Shown in pieces: positions 37,901 to 49,500 of a stretch of 64,000 nt of DNA. The position numbers were made by a program, and so were the translations under genes. The DNA is from Geosiphon pyriformis uo1 (taxonomy: Eukaryota > Fungi > Glomeromycota). Within the stretch, counting starts at the first letter, position 1; each line of letters opens with the position of its first letter. The notes under the pieces are model-generated. The model was given only the letters and a program-made list of their open reading frames with translations, had not been told where the DNA came from and ran no database searches. The stretch covers positions 1,114,255 through 1,178,254 of the forward strand of contig JAAOMT010000703.1 of the NCBI GenBank assembly GCA_016748015.1. The letters run 5' to 3'.

Positions 37901-40900
37901 TAAATTATAGCAACTTATTACTTTAAGCATTTTTAACAGAATATTTAAATTAAATCTTATATTTTGGTTTTATAAAAACTTTGAATTTAATAATACTATA
38001 TCTTAAGAAAAAAAAACTGTAATTAAAATTACCAATTTTTTTTTTAATAACAATTAGACTATTTTTAATATAATTTTTTTCATTACAATTATCAAAAATA
38101 ATATACTTATCACTATATTTTTATTTAACATTAATAGCTTAAACTTCATTAATCTTTTTAGTAAAGCTATTATTACTAAGAACAAACTGATTATAAAAAT
38201 GTATACTGATATCAAAGTAATACAAATAAACATTAAATTAAGATTTAATAATAAATTAACAAACAACATAATTACAAAACAATTTATAAATTAATTAAGT
38301 TACTAAGTAAATTATGTGATCACTACTAAAATAATCACTACAAATAGAAATATCAAAACACTAATAAAAGAGATTAACAATTTTTTCTTTAAAATAAATG
38401 AAATCAAAATTTCAACTAAAATACTTATTATAGAAGCCACTTAGTATTAAGTTTTTATAAAAAATGATTGATTAATTAACACTCATATTATATTTAACTA
38501 AAACACACAAAAACTTCAGATTACTTTTAACAAACAATATGCTAAAGTATTTGCTATATGTAGTAATTTTAAAATAGTAGTTTTAAAACAATTTTTAAAA
38601 CTTATTTCCTAGCTAATTTTAAAAACTTATCAAGTTTTTTGGACTGATAATTTCAAAACAGAGCTATTACTGCTTCTTATATAAAAAAAAAACAAAAAAA
38701 AGACTAATAAAAAACCATAAGTATCAATATAGTCTACTTAATTCTGAATTAAAGAAATTAATTATATTAACTTCTAAAATTAATTTGTATTAATTGTAAA
38801 AAAATGTTATATTTAATAAATACATATGTTAAAAACAATTAAATATAGTCAACTACTATCAAATACTATTGCTGTTTTTATATATTAAAATGATTTAAAT
38901 AATTAAAATAACAAAACAAATAAGACAATTATGTCTTATATGTAATAAAATTCTACTAAATAAAAAACTATAAAATAATGTTTTTAGCAAAAAAAAACAT
39001 GTAACAAATTCTGCTAGTATATTATTTTAATCAATAATTGGATCCAAAAAAAACTTTATTTGCTATAGTTTATAGTTAAACAATAAACTGATTAAATTTA
39101 TACCTCTATAATAAAAAAATTTGGAAAATAATTACTATAAAATAAAAAAGTACTATAATTAAAAAAATACATATTATAAAAAATGTTTTAATAATTATAA
39201 AAAAGATAGATAATCTATTTATTAATAATTCTGAAGTATTTTAAATCCAGTATTAAGAACTTTTTTTTATCTAAAAAAAACAAAAACAAAAATTGGGTGA
39301 TTTTAATATAAAATTATACAATTATTATTTAATTTTTTGTTATTTCCAATATTATAATAAGTATAATTTTTTGTTTAATTCACTTTTATAAATACTTTAT
39401 CCTAATTTTAAACTCAAAAAATTTGAGGAAAAATACATATTAGCAACAAAAAACATGATATTTTAAGAGTTAAATATGATTATTAAAATAAAATAGTACT
39501 TTATCTATTCTAATTTCTCCAAAAAATTAAACTAAAATAATACAACAATAATAATAAAAAAATATGTTTTAAAAAACACATGTAAATAATCCTAGATTTA
39601 ATTTAAAATACTTTAGACAATTTTTTATAGTTATAGTATTTCATTTTTTTATAAAAATAAATTTAAAATTAGCTTTAAAAATATTTATTAGTACTATAGT
39701 CTAAATTATATTCTAGTTTAATTTTACAAACAAAAAAATTGACATTAAAGATAAAATAATTAATGTTAAATATATTAAAAATATAATTGTAATACTTTAA
39801 AACAATTTTAATAAGCTTTATAAAATTAAATTTCAAAAAAAATTATATAAGTTATCTTTTTATCTTTTTTAACTAATTCCAATAGTCACACAAAAAGAAT
39901 TAAGTCTTATTGCACAAAAAATTTAAAGATTTGGGTCAAATAGAAAAAGAAATATACAAGTTAATTTTGTGAAAGACACTAATAACAAAGTAGAATTTAT
40001 TTATATTAATATTATTATTTTTATTCTTTTATATTAATAGTATATTTTAAAAATCAATCAAAAAGTTTAAAACTAAGTCTTAATATTTAAAACAGCTCTG
40101 AAAATTTGTTTTTTAGCTAATATTAAAAATTTATATATACTTGTTAAAACTTACAAACATTTTAAAATTCTGATTCACAATTTTATAGAAAATATTATTA
40201 AAATTTCCAAAAAAACTTTTATTGGTTCTATTTTTTAGATATTTAAAATTCTAAAAAATATCAATTCATTTTTGATTTTATACAACTGTTTTTATTTTGT
40301 AATATTGCTTCATAAATATAGAATCTACTAAAAAAAAGCTACCTATTTACTACAAAAAAATTAATAAACTAAATTTGGAAAATTTAAATACTTTATAGCA
40401 AATTCAATTTAAAGTTTTTTTGAATCAATATACTAATATTTTTGTCAGTAAAAATAAATTTGGATGCACTGATATTATAAAACATAAAATTAATACTAAT
40501 GATGTCTAATTCATTAAATAATAAATCTATTAAATAATTTCAGATAACAATAACTTAATTAAACAAGAAATACAATAGATATTAGATAATAAATTAATTA
40601 AAAAATTGCTAAGTTTTTGGTTCTTATCTGTTATGTTAATTACCAAAAAAAATAAAAAAACCCATTTTTGTAAAAACTTAACAATATTACTTAAGAAAAT
40701 AGTTATTCAACTTTTTTTATTCAGAAAATTTTAGATAATCTAAAAAATAAAAAATAGTTCTTATTTTTAGATTTAATTAGCAGATATTGGCAAGTTAAAA
40801 TAGATCTTTTAGACAAAAAAAAATGGTGTTTACCATTCAAAATAGAAATTTTAAATTTAATGTAATGCTTTTTAAACTCTAAAATATTTCAGCTATTTTT

Positions 40901-41877
40901 CAATGTTTTATAAATATCATGTACAAAAAAATTCTTTAAAAATCAGTTATAATATACTTAAATAATAACAATGTATTTTTTGAAATTTTTAATAATTATT
41001 TGTTTTATTTTCAACAAGTTTTTAATTATCTTTAAAATTCAAAATTAAAACCTAACTCTAATAATATTTTTTTTGGAAAAACTGAACTGAAATTTTTGAA
41101 ACATATAATTAACAAAGTTTAAAAAGTTAAAAATTTTTCTACTTTAACCAACTTTTAAGAACTAAAATATTTTCTAGGACTGGCTAAATAATACTGCTAA
41201 TTTGTTAAAAATTTCTTAAATATTGTCAAATCTTTCTATTATTTATTGTTAAAACATGATTTATATATATAAAAATTAATTAACAAAAGACTTTTAATTA
41301 TTTTAAATAACAACTTATAAAAGTGCCAATCTTGATTTACTTAAACTTTAATAAATATTTTATTGTAGCTATAAATGCCTAATAAAATACACTAAAAACT
41401 GTTCTATTGTAAATTAAATTTAATAATTAAAAACATCTAATTACTTATGCTAATTACAGCATTAATACTATTAAAAAAATATACAGTATTATTAATTTAG
41501 AATGTCTTACTATTTATTAAATTATACAAAATTAAAGATATTATTTTTGCCAACTATTTGATCTATATACTAATTACCAAAAACTTATTTAATTACTTAG
41601 TAAATTATAACTTGAAAAAAAGTATATAAGATAAAATACTTATTTACAACAATTTCTATATAAAGTATATTATAGAAAAAAAGCTAAAAACAATAATGCT
41701 AACAGCTTGTCAAGAATAATTTAAATTTAATTTTAAACCAATAAACACAGTTACTTACTAATAACTATATTAATATTTGTTAATATTTTAATTTAAGAAA
41801 AAACTATCTTAATAAAAATAAAGTACTATATAAAAACAAGCTTAAAACTATTTTTTGCATAATAACTAATTATATTG
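34983..41877 (+). mobile_element. Hyper-eroded family-A Gypsy copy A'' (LTR 34983-36026, gag to start of IN)
   Basis: collinear with A' and A; decayed PBS ttagtgctttttgtaag; interrupted by the L3 poly(A) end. Confidence 0.85.
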
Positions 41878-44800
41878 TTTTTTTTTTTATTGCTTTATGA
41901 ATGAAATCCAAACATTACATACATCAAAAAAATAACTTAAACTAGGCATAAATTATGTATTTTCCATACGTGACCAGTCACTCGGATTGATCAGAACAAC
42001 ACTATGCAGCTATGTGAACTAAAACTGAGTCATTTACACCTGAAAAAAATAAACAAGATTTGCAAAAGCCAAAATAAACACCAAAAGCATCAGCAATACC
42101 AAGCAATTTGACCACTCCAGCCAACAACCCTAAAGCCAAACCAGAAACCAAAACGAAAACCAAACCATTAAGAGAAATCAATCTATTCTTTTCCATGTAA
42201 GCATGATGTTTGGCACAAACCAACCAGATATTACTTCTAAAAACAAGACTAATAGAGTACACAAATTTGACAATCTCCAAACCAGCAACTTTGAGATCAT
42301 GAAAAATGGTGACCATCTCACAAAACCAATCATTAAAAACAAAACTTTTATAGAGTGCTATAGACAAAGAGGAGTCAGAACCACATAAAGACAACAACTG
42401 TAGTATGTCCAAAAAAAAATGAGAAAAACCAGAAACCACTTTTTAGGAGTTCACATAAGATTCTAACAACTGACTTTGAATGAAATTATTAACCTTATAA
42501 GAGAACACATGATCCGAAGCTTCCATATTATCACAATATAAGCACAATACACTAGAATATGATCTATTATAAAGGCACTTCCAAATGGCAACTGGCAACT
42601 GGTGGTACAAAGCCTTCATGAAATAAGTGCATGCATTAGCTGAAGGTCTACTGGTGAAACTGGCAGTCATGTGCAAGTCAGGGTGCCAAACCAAAAATGA
42701 ACAGTACCAGTTAACTTCAGAAAGCAAACCACTTACCAAAAATCTGGAACCAGAACTAACCTTCCATCATGTATGACAAACTGAATGATAAATATCACAG
42801 ACAAAATGTCTGGAATTGCCAAAAACCACACCACCATCAGCTATTATGAAGTGTTTACCCAAGCGAGAAGGAAAACACCAATTAAAGAGAGAAACATTAC
42901 CAGCAATCACGTCAGTACGCTTATTCTCTGAAACACCAAAGTGGTTTTTAACCTTATGCCAACTGATCTTTAAATTCTTACTGCAAATAACATTGGTAAT
43001 ATGATGACATTTGACCCAACACTGATTACAAAAGTCAGGATATGCCAGACCCAATTTTGACTTACAAGCATCCAGAGCAGATTGACTATCCAAAAACAAA
43101 TTAACAGAGCACAAAGGGAAGACACACTCCAGAGCCAGTACTATAGCCTGCAACTCTGCCAAAGTGGACAACATCAAACCTAACACACCAACACCCAAAC
43201 CTAAATCAATGTCTTTAAAAAAAGTGGCAGTGCTAGCTCTACAGCCAACTGAGCCCAGATTACTAAGAAACTCATCTGTATATATCAACAAACTGTCAGC
43301 ACCAACCTGCGAGAGATGATCACAAACAGAAACAAAATCCTAAGATTTAAGAATGTTCAAAGAACCAACACTATCCAAAACTGAGGGGCAAGTAAGAGAT
43401 AGACTTCTACCATTTAGAAACACAACAGAAAGCTCAAACCATTTAAGAACAAAGCCATAGGGATCCAATTTTTTCCAACACTTGAAAATGTACCAATCAA
43501 AGACAGAACCACGATGATCACGAAATTGATCCACAAAAGCAATACCATACTATTGGAGAGAATGGAGAAACCTAAGAAACTGTAACTCACTCAGAACAAC
43601 AGACATAGAGATCCCACCACGAAACTAAAAAGGATTGGCCAGAGAGCCACTCAGAGACAAATTGCAATCAAGAAGAATACAAACCATGCCTACCAAAAAG
43701 TTACCAGAAGCACTGACACAAATACACACAGAAGAACTCAATAGATGAACAGAATATCAGCACAGAACTTGCAAGTCATAAGATCTGTGAGAGAACAAAT
43801 AACCCAAGATGTTACCAGAGTTTGTAAAACTAATAAGAGAGGCCACCTTGCTCTCAGACTAAACCTGAATAAAAGACTTCAAGCCATAAAGGGAAGGGTA
43901 ATGGATCATATCACTAGGAAAATCAAGAGGTAGGCTGGATTTGAACTTCAAGCTCTTATGAATCAAAGCATCCCATTTGTTGCATGTATTAATGGGAACA
44001 AAGCTGAACTGCATTCTATAACTAATTATAGAATAAAGAACTGCCAATACCAAATATAAGAACTGCTTATCTGAGACAGCTTTTCTCAAGACCAAATTGG
44101 TAAAAAAACAATTGTCCGAATTTGCCTTCACCAAACTAGGCTTTAATAGATTTTCAGTTAATAGAAAAATATCTAAATATCAATGAAATTCACCCTTTTT
44201 GACAATGGAGATTGGCGAGCCACTGATAGAAAAAAAAAGAATGCTAACTCTGCTATTGATGGAAATGGCCACTGTTTTGTTGTTATTGATAGAAATATTA
44301 TTTATCCAAAAAAATTTACTTGCAATATTAAGAATATGTTGAGTAGCTGCCTGACTACAACCAACCCAAATTGTATCATTGATGAAAGTGCTAGCAGCAA
44401 AAAAAGAAGAGAGTCCAGTCTGGAATTTAGCATGACCATTCCTTAAAATAAAATAAAAACTTAACTTATAACTACATATGCTTTTCTGTCTTTTGACTTT
44501 GTATTGCAGAGGATTATAAAATATACATTACAGAAGAGAAGAGAAAATCTCTCCTTGGTCCAAACTATTATGTACACAATAACCATCTATCAACCCAAAA
44601 TCTGTCATTACTCTGTTAGTACAATCTCTATGAATACCACCAAAAAACTAAATGAATCTGCCACATATCTTGATCTTAACTAAACATTTCTTGAGATGTT
44701 CCCAGTTGACTGAATCATATGCTTTCCACATATTCTGCAAAACCAGCCAAAGCTCCCAATTCTTTTCCAATGTATCCTCAACCACTAATTCGGATACTAA

Positions 44801-45367
44801 GTCATCATATCTTTTAAAACTGAAAAATTGTCCCCATGAAAAATGTTAAAAGTGTTGCATGCCAAAGAAATCCTATCAGAGAGTATCTTGAAGAGGATCT
44901 TATAAGCCATCTTAATTAAAACAATAGGGTGAGTATTTATGAGAACTCCCTTCCATTCATATGGTTTAGGAATTATTGAGACCCAAGCCTCCTTCCAAGA
45001 TCTGGACACTGATTTGCAAGAAAGACACAAGTTCAAAAGTACCAAAAAAATATCCAAAATTGACTTGTCACAATGTTTCTAAAGCTCATTTGTAATACCT
45101 AAAAGACCAGCAACTTTGCCATCAAGCAGATCAGAAACCACATTAAGCAACTTGCTAAACTCAACTGAATGCATTACACCAGAAAAGGTCTTATTAAAAA
45201 CATGATCCAACAGCCAATATTGACAAGACCAGACATTAGAGACATTAGCAACCACACCATACTTCCTGGTCCATTCTTCTATAATAACATTCACCTTAGA
45301 TTTAACCAAACTGGGCTTCAAAATAAGCTTATCATCAACAATCAGATGGTCCAGAACCACTTTGTGG

Positions 45368-46459
45368 TGTTATCCGAATAGAAAAACCAATCCAAAGTTA
45401 TGAAGAAATGTGACCAAAACATGACATAATACAGAATAGCATGCAATAACATTGGATAATGTATTATAATGTAGGATAACATGTTATAACACAGGATAAC
45501 ACAGGATAACACAGAATAGTGCACAATAACATATGATAATGTGTTATAACACAGGATAACACAGAATAATATGTAATAATGTCAGATAACATGTTATAAT
45601 ATAGGATAACTAACAATAACATAGAAAAACAAAGCAATAACAGAAATAACAAAGCAATAGCTAGCAATAGCGAAACAATTGAAAGCAATTCTGTAAAACC
45701 AAAAGAATATATAAAAGCAAGTAGTTGTAGAAGTGAGAAAAAACAGACATATAGATATGAATCTTTAAACAAGAATTAAATATCCATATCTCTTCATCAT
45801 TTATTATCTTCTCTATTTCATTTTCTGAAATAAACCAATTATTAAAGAAATCAGAATCACAAATTCATGTTCTCGAACTTTGTGGAATTTATGTGAATTA
45901 ACTCTTGTCTCGTATCTTTGTTCTAGGACAGATGCTCTTAACATAACTGCCTCGAACTATTAACAATTTGGACCAATCGCTCTTGATCATGGCAATTGAC
46001 AATACTAATTTATCTTTTTTCTTTTTTCTTTTCTTTTCTTTTTCTTTTTTTTTCTTTTTCTGTCTTATTTTTTTGTGGAGCGGCAACATAGTAAAATTGA
46101 CTGTCTGGGAATAAACTTCGTGATAGCCTGGTAAAAGAGGGAAGCTTCCCCTAAGTTTTGGATATTAACATTATCTTGTTAGCTTATCAGAAGGGTGAAA
46201 AGACAATGCCAGACCCTAACAACTGCACTCATTAGCTCAGAAAAGAAAGCTCACATTTACAGAAAACATTGCAATCGACAAAAGACAAACTCTGTGTCTT
46301 ATAACCAAAGAACTCAACAGGTAAATTCACATTCAGGAATAGATCTTTAGAGACTGATAATCAAGACTAAGCCAATAAAATTATGCAGAAAACACATTCC
46401 CAATAATTGAGAGGACCAAACATTACCAGTTCTATTACCCACCAAATTTATCCATAACA
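45368..46459 (+). repeat. Gypsy A 5' LTR
   Basis: tgttatccg...ccataaca; 10-bp array; TATA ~45708. Confidence 0.95.
45420..45625 (+). repeat. 10-bp tandem array (ataacacagg/ataacatgtt-like) in U3 of LTR A
   Basis: ataa(c/t) recurs every 10 bp, ~20 times; present in all A-type LTRs. Confidence 0.85.
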
Positions 46460-46461
46460 TT

Positions 46462-46478
46462 TGGTGCTTCTTGTGAGG
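46462..46478 (+). promoter_or_regulatory. Primer-binding site of Gypsy A
   Basis: tggtgcttcttgtgagg just after the 5' LTR. Confidence 0.85.
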
Positions 46479-46521
46479 TTATAAATCCACAGAGACAGAG
46501 CACCCTCAAAAATACACAAAA

Positions 46522-49500
46522 GTGGCAACTATTGGAACAATAAGAAAGAACCACTCCTCATACAGAAAAGCACTATTTCAATACTTTCGAAAAGACCTAA
46601 GAATACCAGCAGAAACTGCTTATGCAGAAAGTAATTTTTGTAACTATATCAACGCAAAAATCGACTGCTTGTTAGGCCGCACAACTAATATAGGAAAACT
46701 TGGAGAACAAATCTATCAAAGCTTATTAGGGTACTCAACAGCCACAACTACCTGAGCAATCACTGAAACTCTGCTTATAATCAATACAGACATTAAATAT
46801 TACATGGCACAATGATTCTCTCAAGTACAACAACCAATGGAATCCGACCTTGAGGAATACAAAGACAAATCCAACAATCCCATAACTGCCCAAGCCAAGT
46901 TCACAGTCAATAAGAAACCAAGGTTCCTCTCTCCAACAACTCTATTATACCATCAAACACCCCAAAGTAGAATTGTATTCAACCCACCCCCAGAAACCCA
47001 GTCAGAAACACCATAAACTTCTGGAAATCCACACCCTTGAAATCAACACAATTGGACCAAATTACTAGGAGAATATGGATTGCTGTTTGGAAATCTTATC
47101 CCAGCAGCCAATCAAACAGAAGAAAACCTGTCAACTTGGGAACAGCCACCAGCACAAAACCTAGCAGAATCAGCATTTTCCCTAACAGAAGAAACAGCTA
47201 TCTTACAATCTATTGGTTGAAGCAACAAAAGAAAGCAACCAGCATTAGCACCTGGAGAACACTCGAATACACAGACACCAATTCCTTTAAACATAACCAG
47301 TAACACCCCACTCATTAACCGGATCATAACTTATCAGGATATTGCTAAATTGGAAAAATTCTCTGGTGAAAAAGATAATGCATATTCTTGGATTGCGGAT
47401 GCCAAGAAAGCAATTACTGCTAACGGTTAGAACAATGACTGCACAATTTAGGCACTGCCATTTTTTTTGACCAGAACAGCCAATTTGTAGTACTAGAGCC
47501 TTGTAAAGAAGTCTACCTCCTTTACAGAGTTTAAACTCACATTTCTGCAATACTTCTGTGATCTCAATACATTAATCCGATTGCAAAATCAATTCAACAT
47601 AATTAAACAAAAAGATCATAAAACAGTAACTACTTATTTCGGACAATTCAATTAAATCCTTCATCAAATATTAGCTATCGAAAGAGACTACTACACTACG
47701 GCACAAGTTCTTAATCAATTCATTAAAAAATTGCAGAGTAGTATTCTAAGATCCATAAGATCCTGCCATCCGACCAGTTTACAAGACATCCTCACTCTTA
47801 CTCACAATTTTGAGTCTGCAGAACAAGAAGTAAACCATACCCAAGCCATTAATTTAGCCATTAATGGAACCTCTGACATCAATGCAAAGATAACCCAATT
47901 GAGTGAGAAACTAACTCAGAAAATTGAGGGATTCTTAGCTGGAACTACAGGAACTTACTAACCACCCCAACGGAGAGAAAATAACAACAACAGCAGATAT
48001 CCACAGCAACAGAACCATCAGCAACAGCAACAACCTTGGAGATCTGATTTCTGCAACTGTTACTACTGCCAGAAACCTAGACACATCACCTGTGACTGCA
48101 GAAAGAAAATCATAGACCAAAATCAAGGAAACTCATATCAGCAACCCAGATATTAGCAAAACATGGTGCCCCAATATTCCATACTTCAGAATCAATTGTC
48201 CCAATATGCACAACAAGTTCTATACACTCAACCACTGCCCTAGAATTATTATAAACCACCACCAATGACACAAGCAATCTCTCACTATCAAACTTTTTCT
48301 TACAGCCCATCCAGATCTTGAGCTATAGACTATAATCAGGGATGGAGGAATCCCAACAACAATCAGGTACAAACCAACAGTAGACTGTCTTGACCAATCC
48401 CTTATGGTCCTGCCCAATTTCAACCAATACCAACTGGATATCCGAATTAAGCTTCCTATCTCGGTCTTATGGAAAACCAGGGTTTTGATAAATCTACATC
48501 TGTAAAAGGAGGGGATGTAGAACAAATCTCCCAACCTTCCAAGCAAACAAAAAGCAATATTTCACCAGCCATTATTACCAAAGACACCATCCTAGCCACC
48601 ATATTTTCTTTTGACATCAATAAATTGAATACCCATAGCCTTTTTAGTGGAGCAGCCATTAATCAAGATAAACCAATAACGACCTTATACACTGATGCCA
48701 AAATCAAAGGAATAGACATTAAATTAATTCTAGATAGTGGATCAGCCATTAGCATAATCATGAAGCAGCTCATAGACCAATTAGGTCACCAAGTAGACTG
48801 TGCTGTTACTATTCAGATCATTACAGCGGATAGAAACACAAAAACCCTGATAGAAAAAATTGACAACTTCCCCTTCGAGATTAATGAAATCCAAATCCCT
48901 ACCAAAGTACTCATCATGGAAGCTACTCAATATCAAGCTCTAATAGGAAACAATTAGTTGTCAAAAGCCAATGCTACTCTCAACTGGAACACCTAAGAAC
49001 TTCAACTCACATTTAACGGACAGCATGCCCAAGTTTCAGCTATGTGTGAACACTTTAAAACCCAACATACTGAGCAACCTCTTATTGAATTTGAAGACAC
49101 ATCATTGCCACCAACCATCGAGACCTATCAGGTTTCATGGGCAGATAATTATTGAACTGAACTACTCCCACTACCAATCTGAAAAGAAAAAGAAAAAGGC
49201 AGAGCTGAAGAAAAACCCCAATTGTCATTACTAGAATATGTAACCTTGGACCAAAGAAACTTATTTTAACAACTCCCAAGACTAATATGTGTCGATTATA
49301 AAAAAAAACTATCCACTATGGGTGCATGTATCAGGAACAACAAAAAATGGCCCACCATCACCAAATACTATTGCAGACCTTGTTTACTGAAAAAATTTGG
49401 ACAACCAAAATAACAAGGCAAGTGAAACAACACGTCATGCCTTGCATGTGGTAAAATCCTGCCAGATAAAGGACTCTGGAATAATGTGCCTGGCAGAGGA

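Noticed and set aside
27294-41877. Simple tandem segmental duplication
   Set aside because: The second unit starts exactly at an LTR terminus inside the first copy's integrase, and each copy has private indels; nested insertion fits better
26400-41877. Organelle or endosymbiont DNA, or an alternative genetic code, explaining the AT richness and stops
   Set aside because: Collinear with Gypsy A or RT motifs; stops of all three types arise sporadically from Gln, Arg and Trp codons
41930-42001. Hammerhead in the LINE 3' tail (ctga...gaaa)
   Set aside because: No CUGANGA, and GAAA is not kept in L1 or L2
45342-45772. Hydrophobic minus-strand ORFs (also 778-984, 54408-54889, 10918-11136, 20249-20467) as membrane proteins
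   Set aside because: They are antisense translations of LTR tandem arrays
46206-46320. Upstream coding exon providing the gag ATG
   Set aside because: In frame via the putative splice, but TAG and TAA stops are shared by both A LTRs and LTR E, and E lacks the ATG
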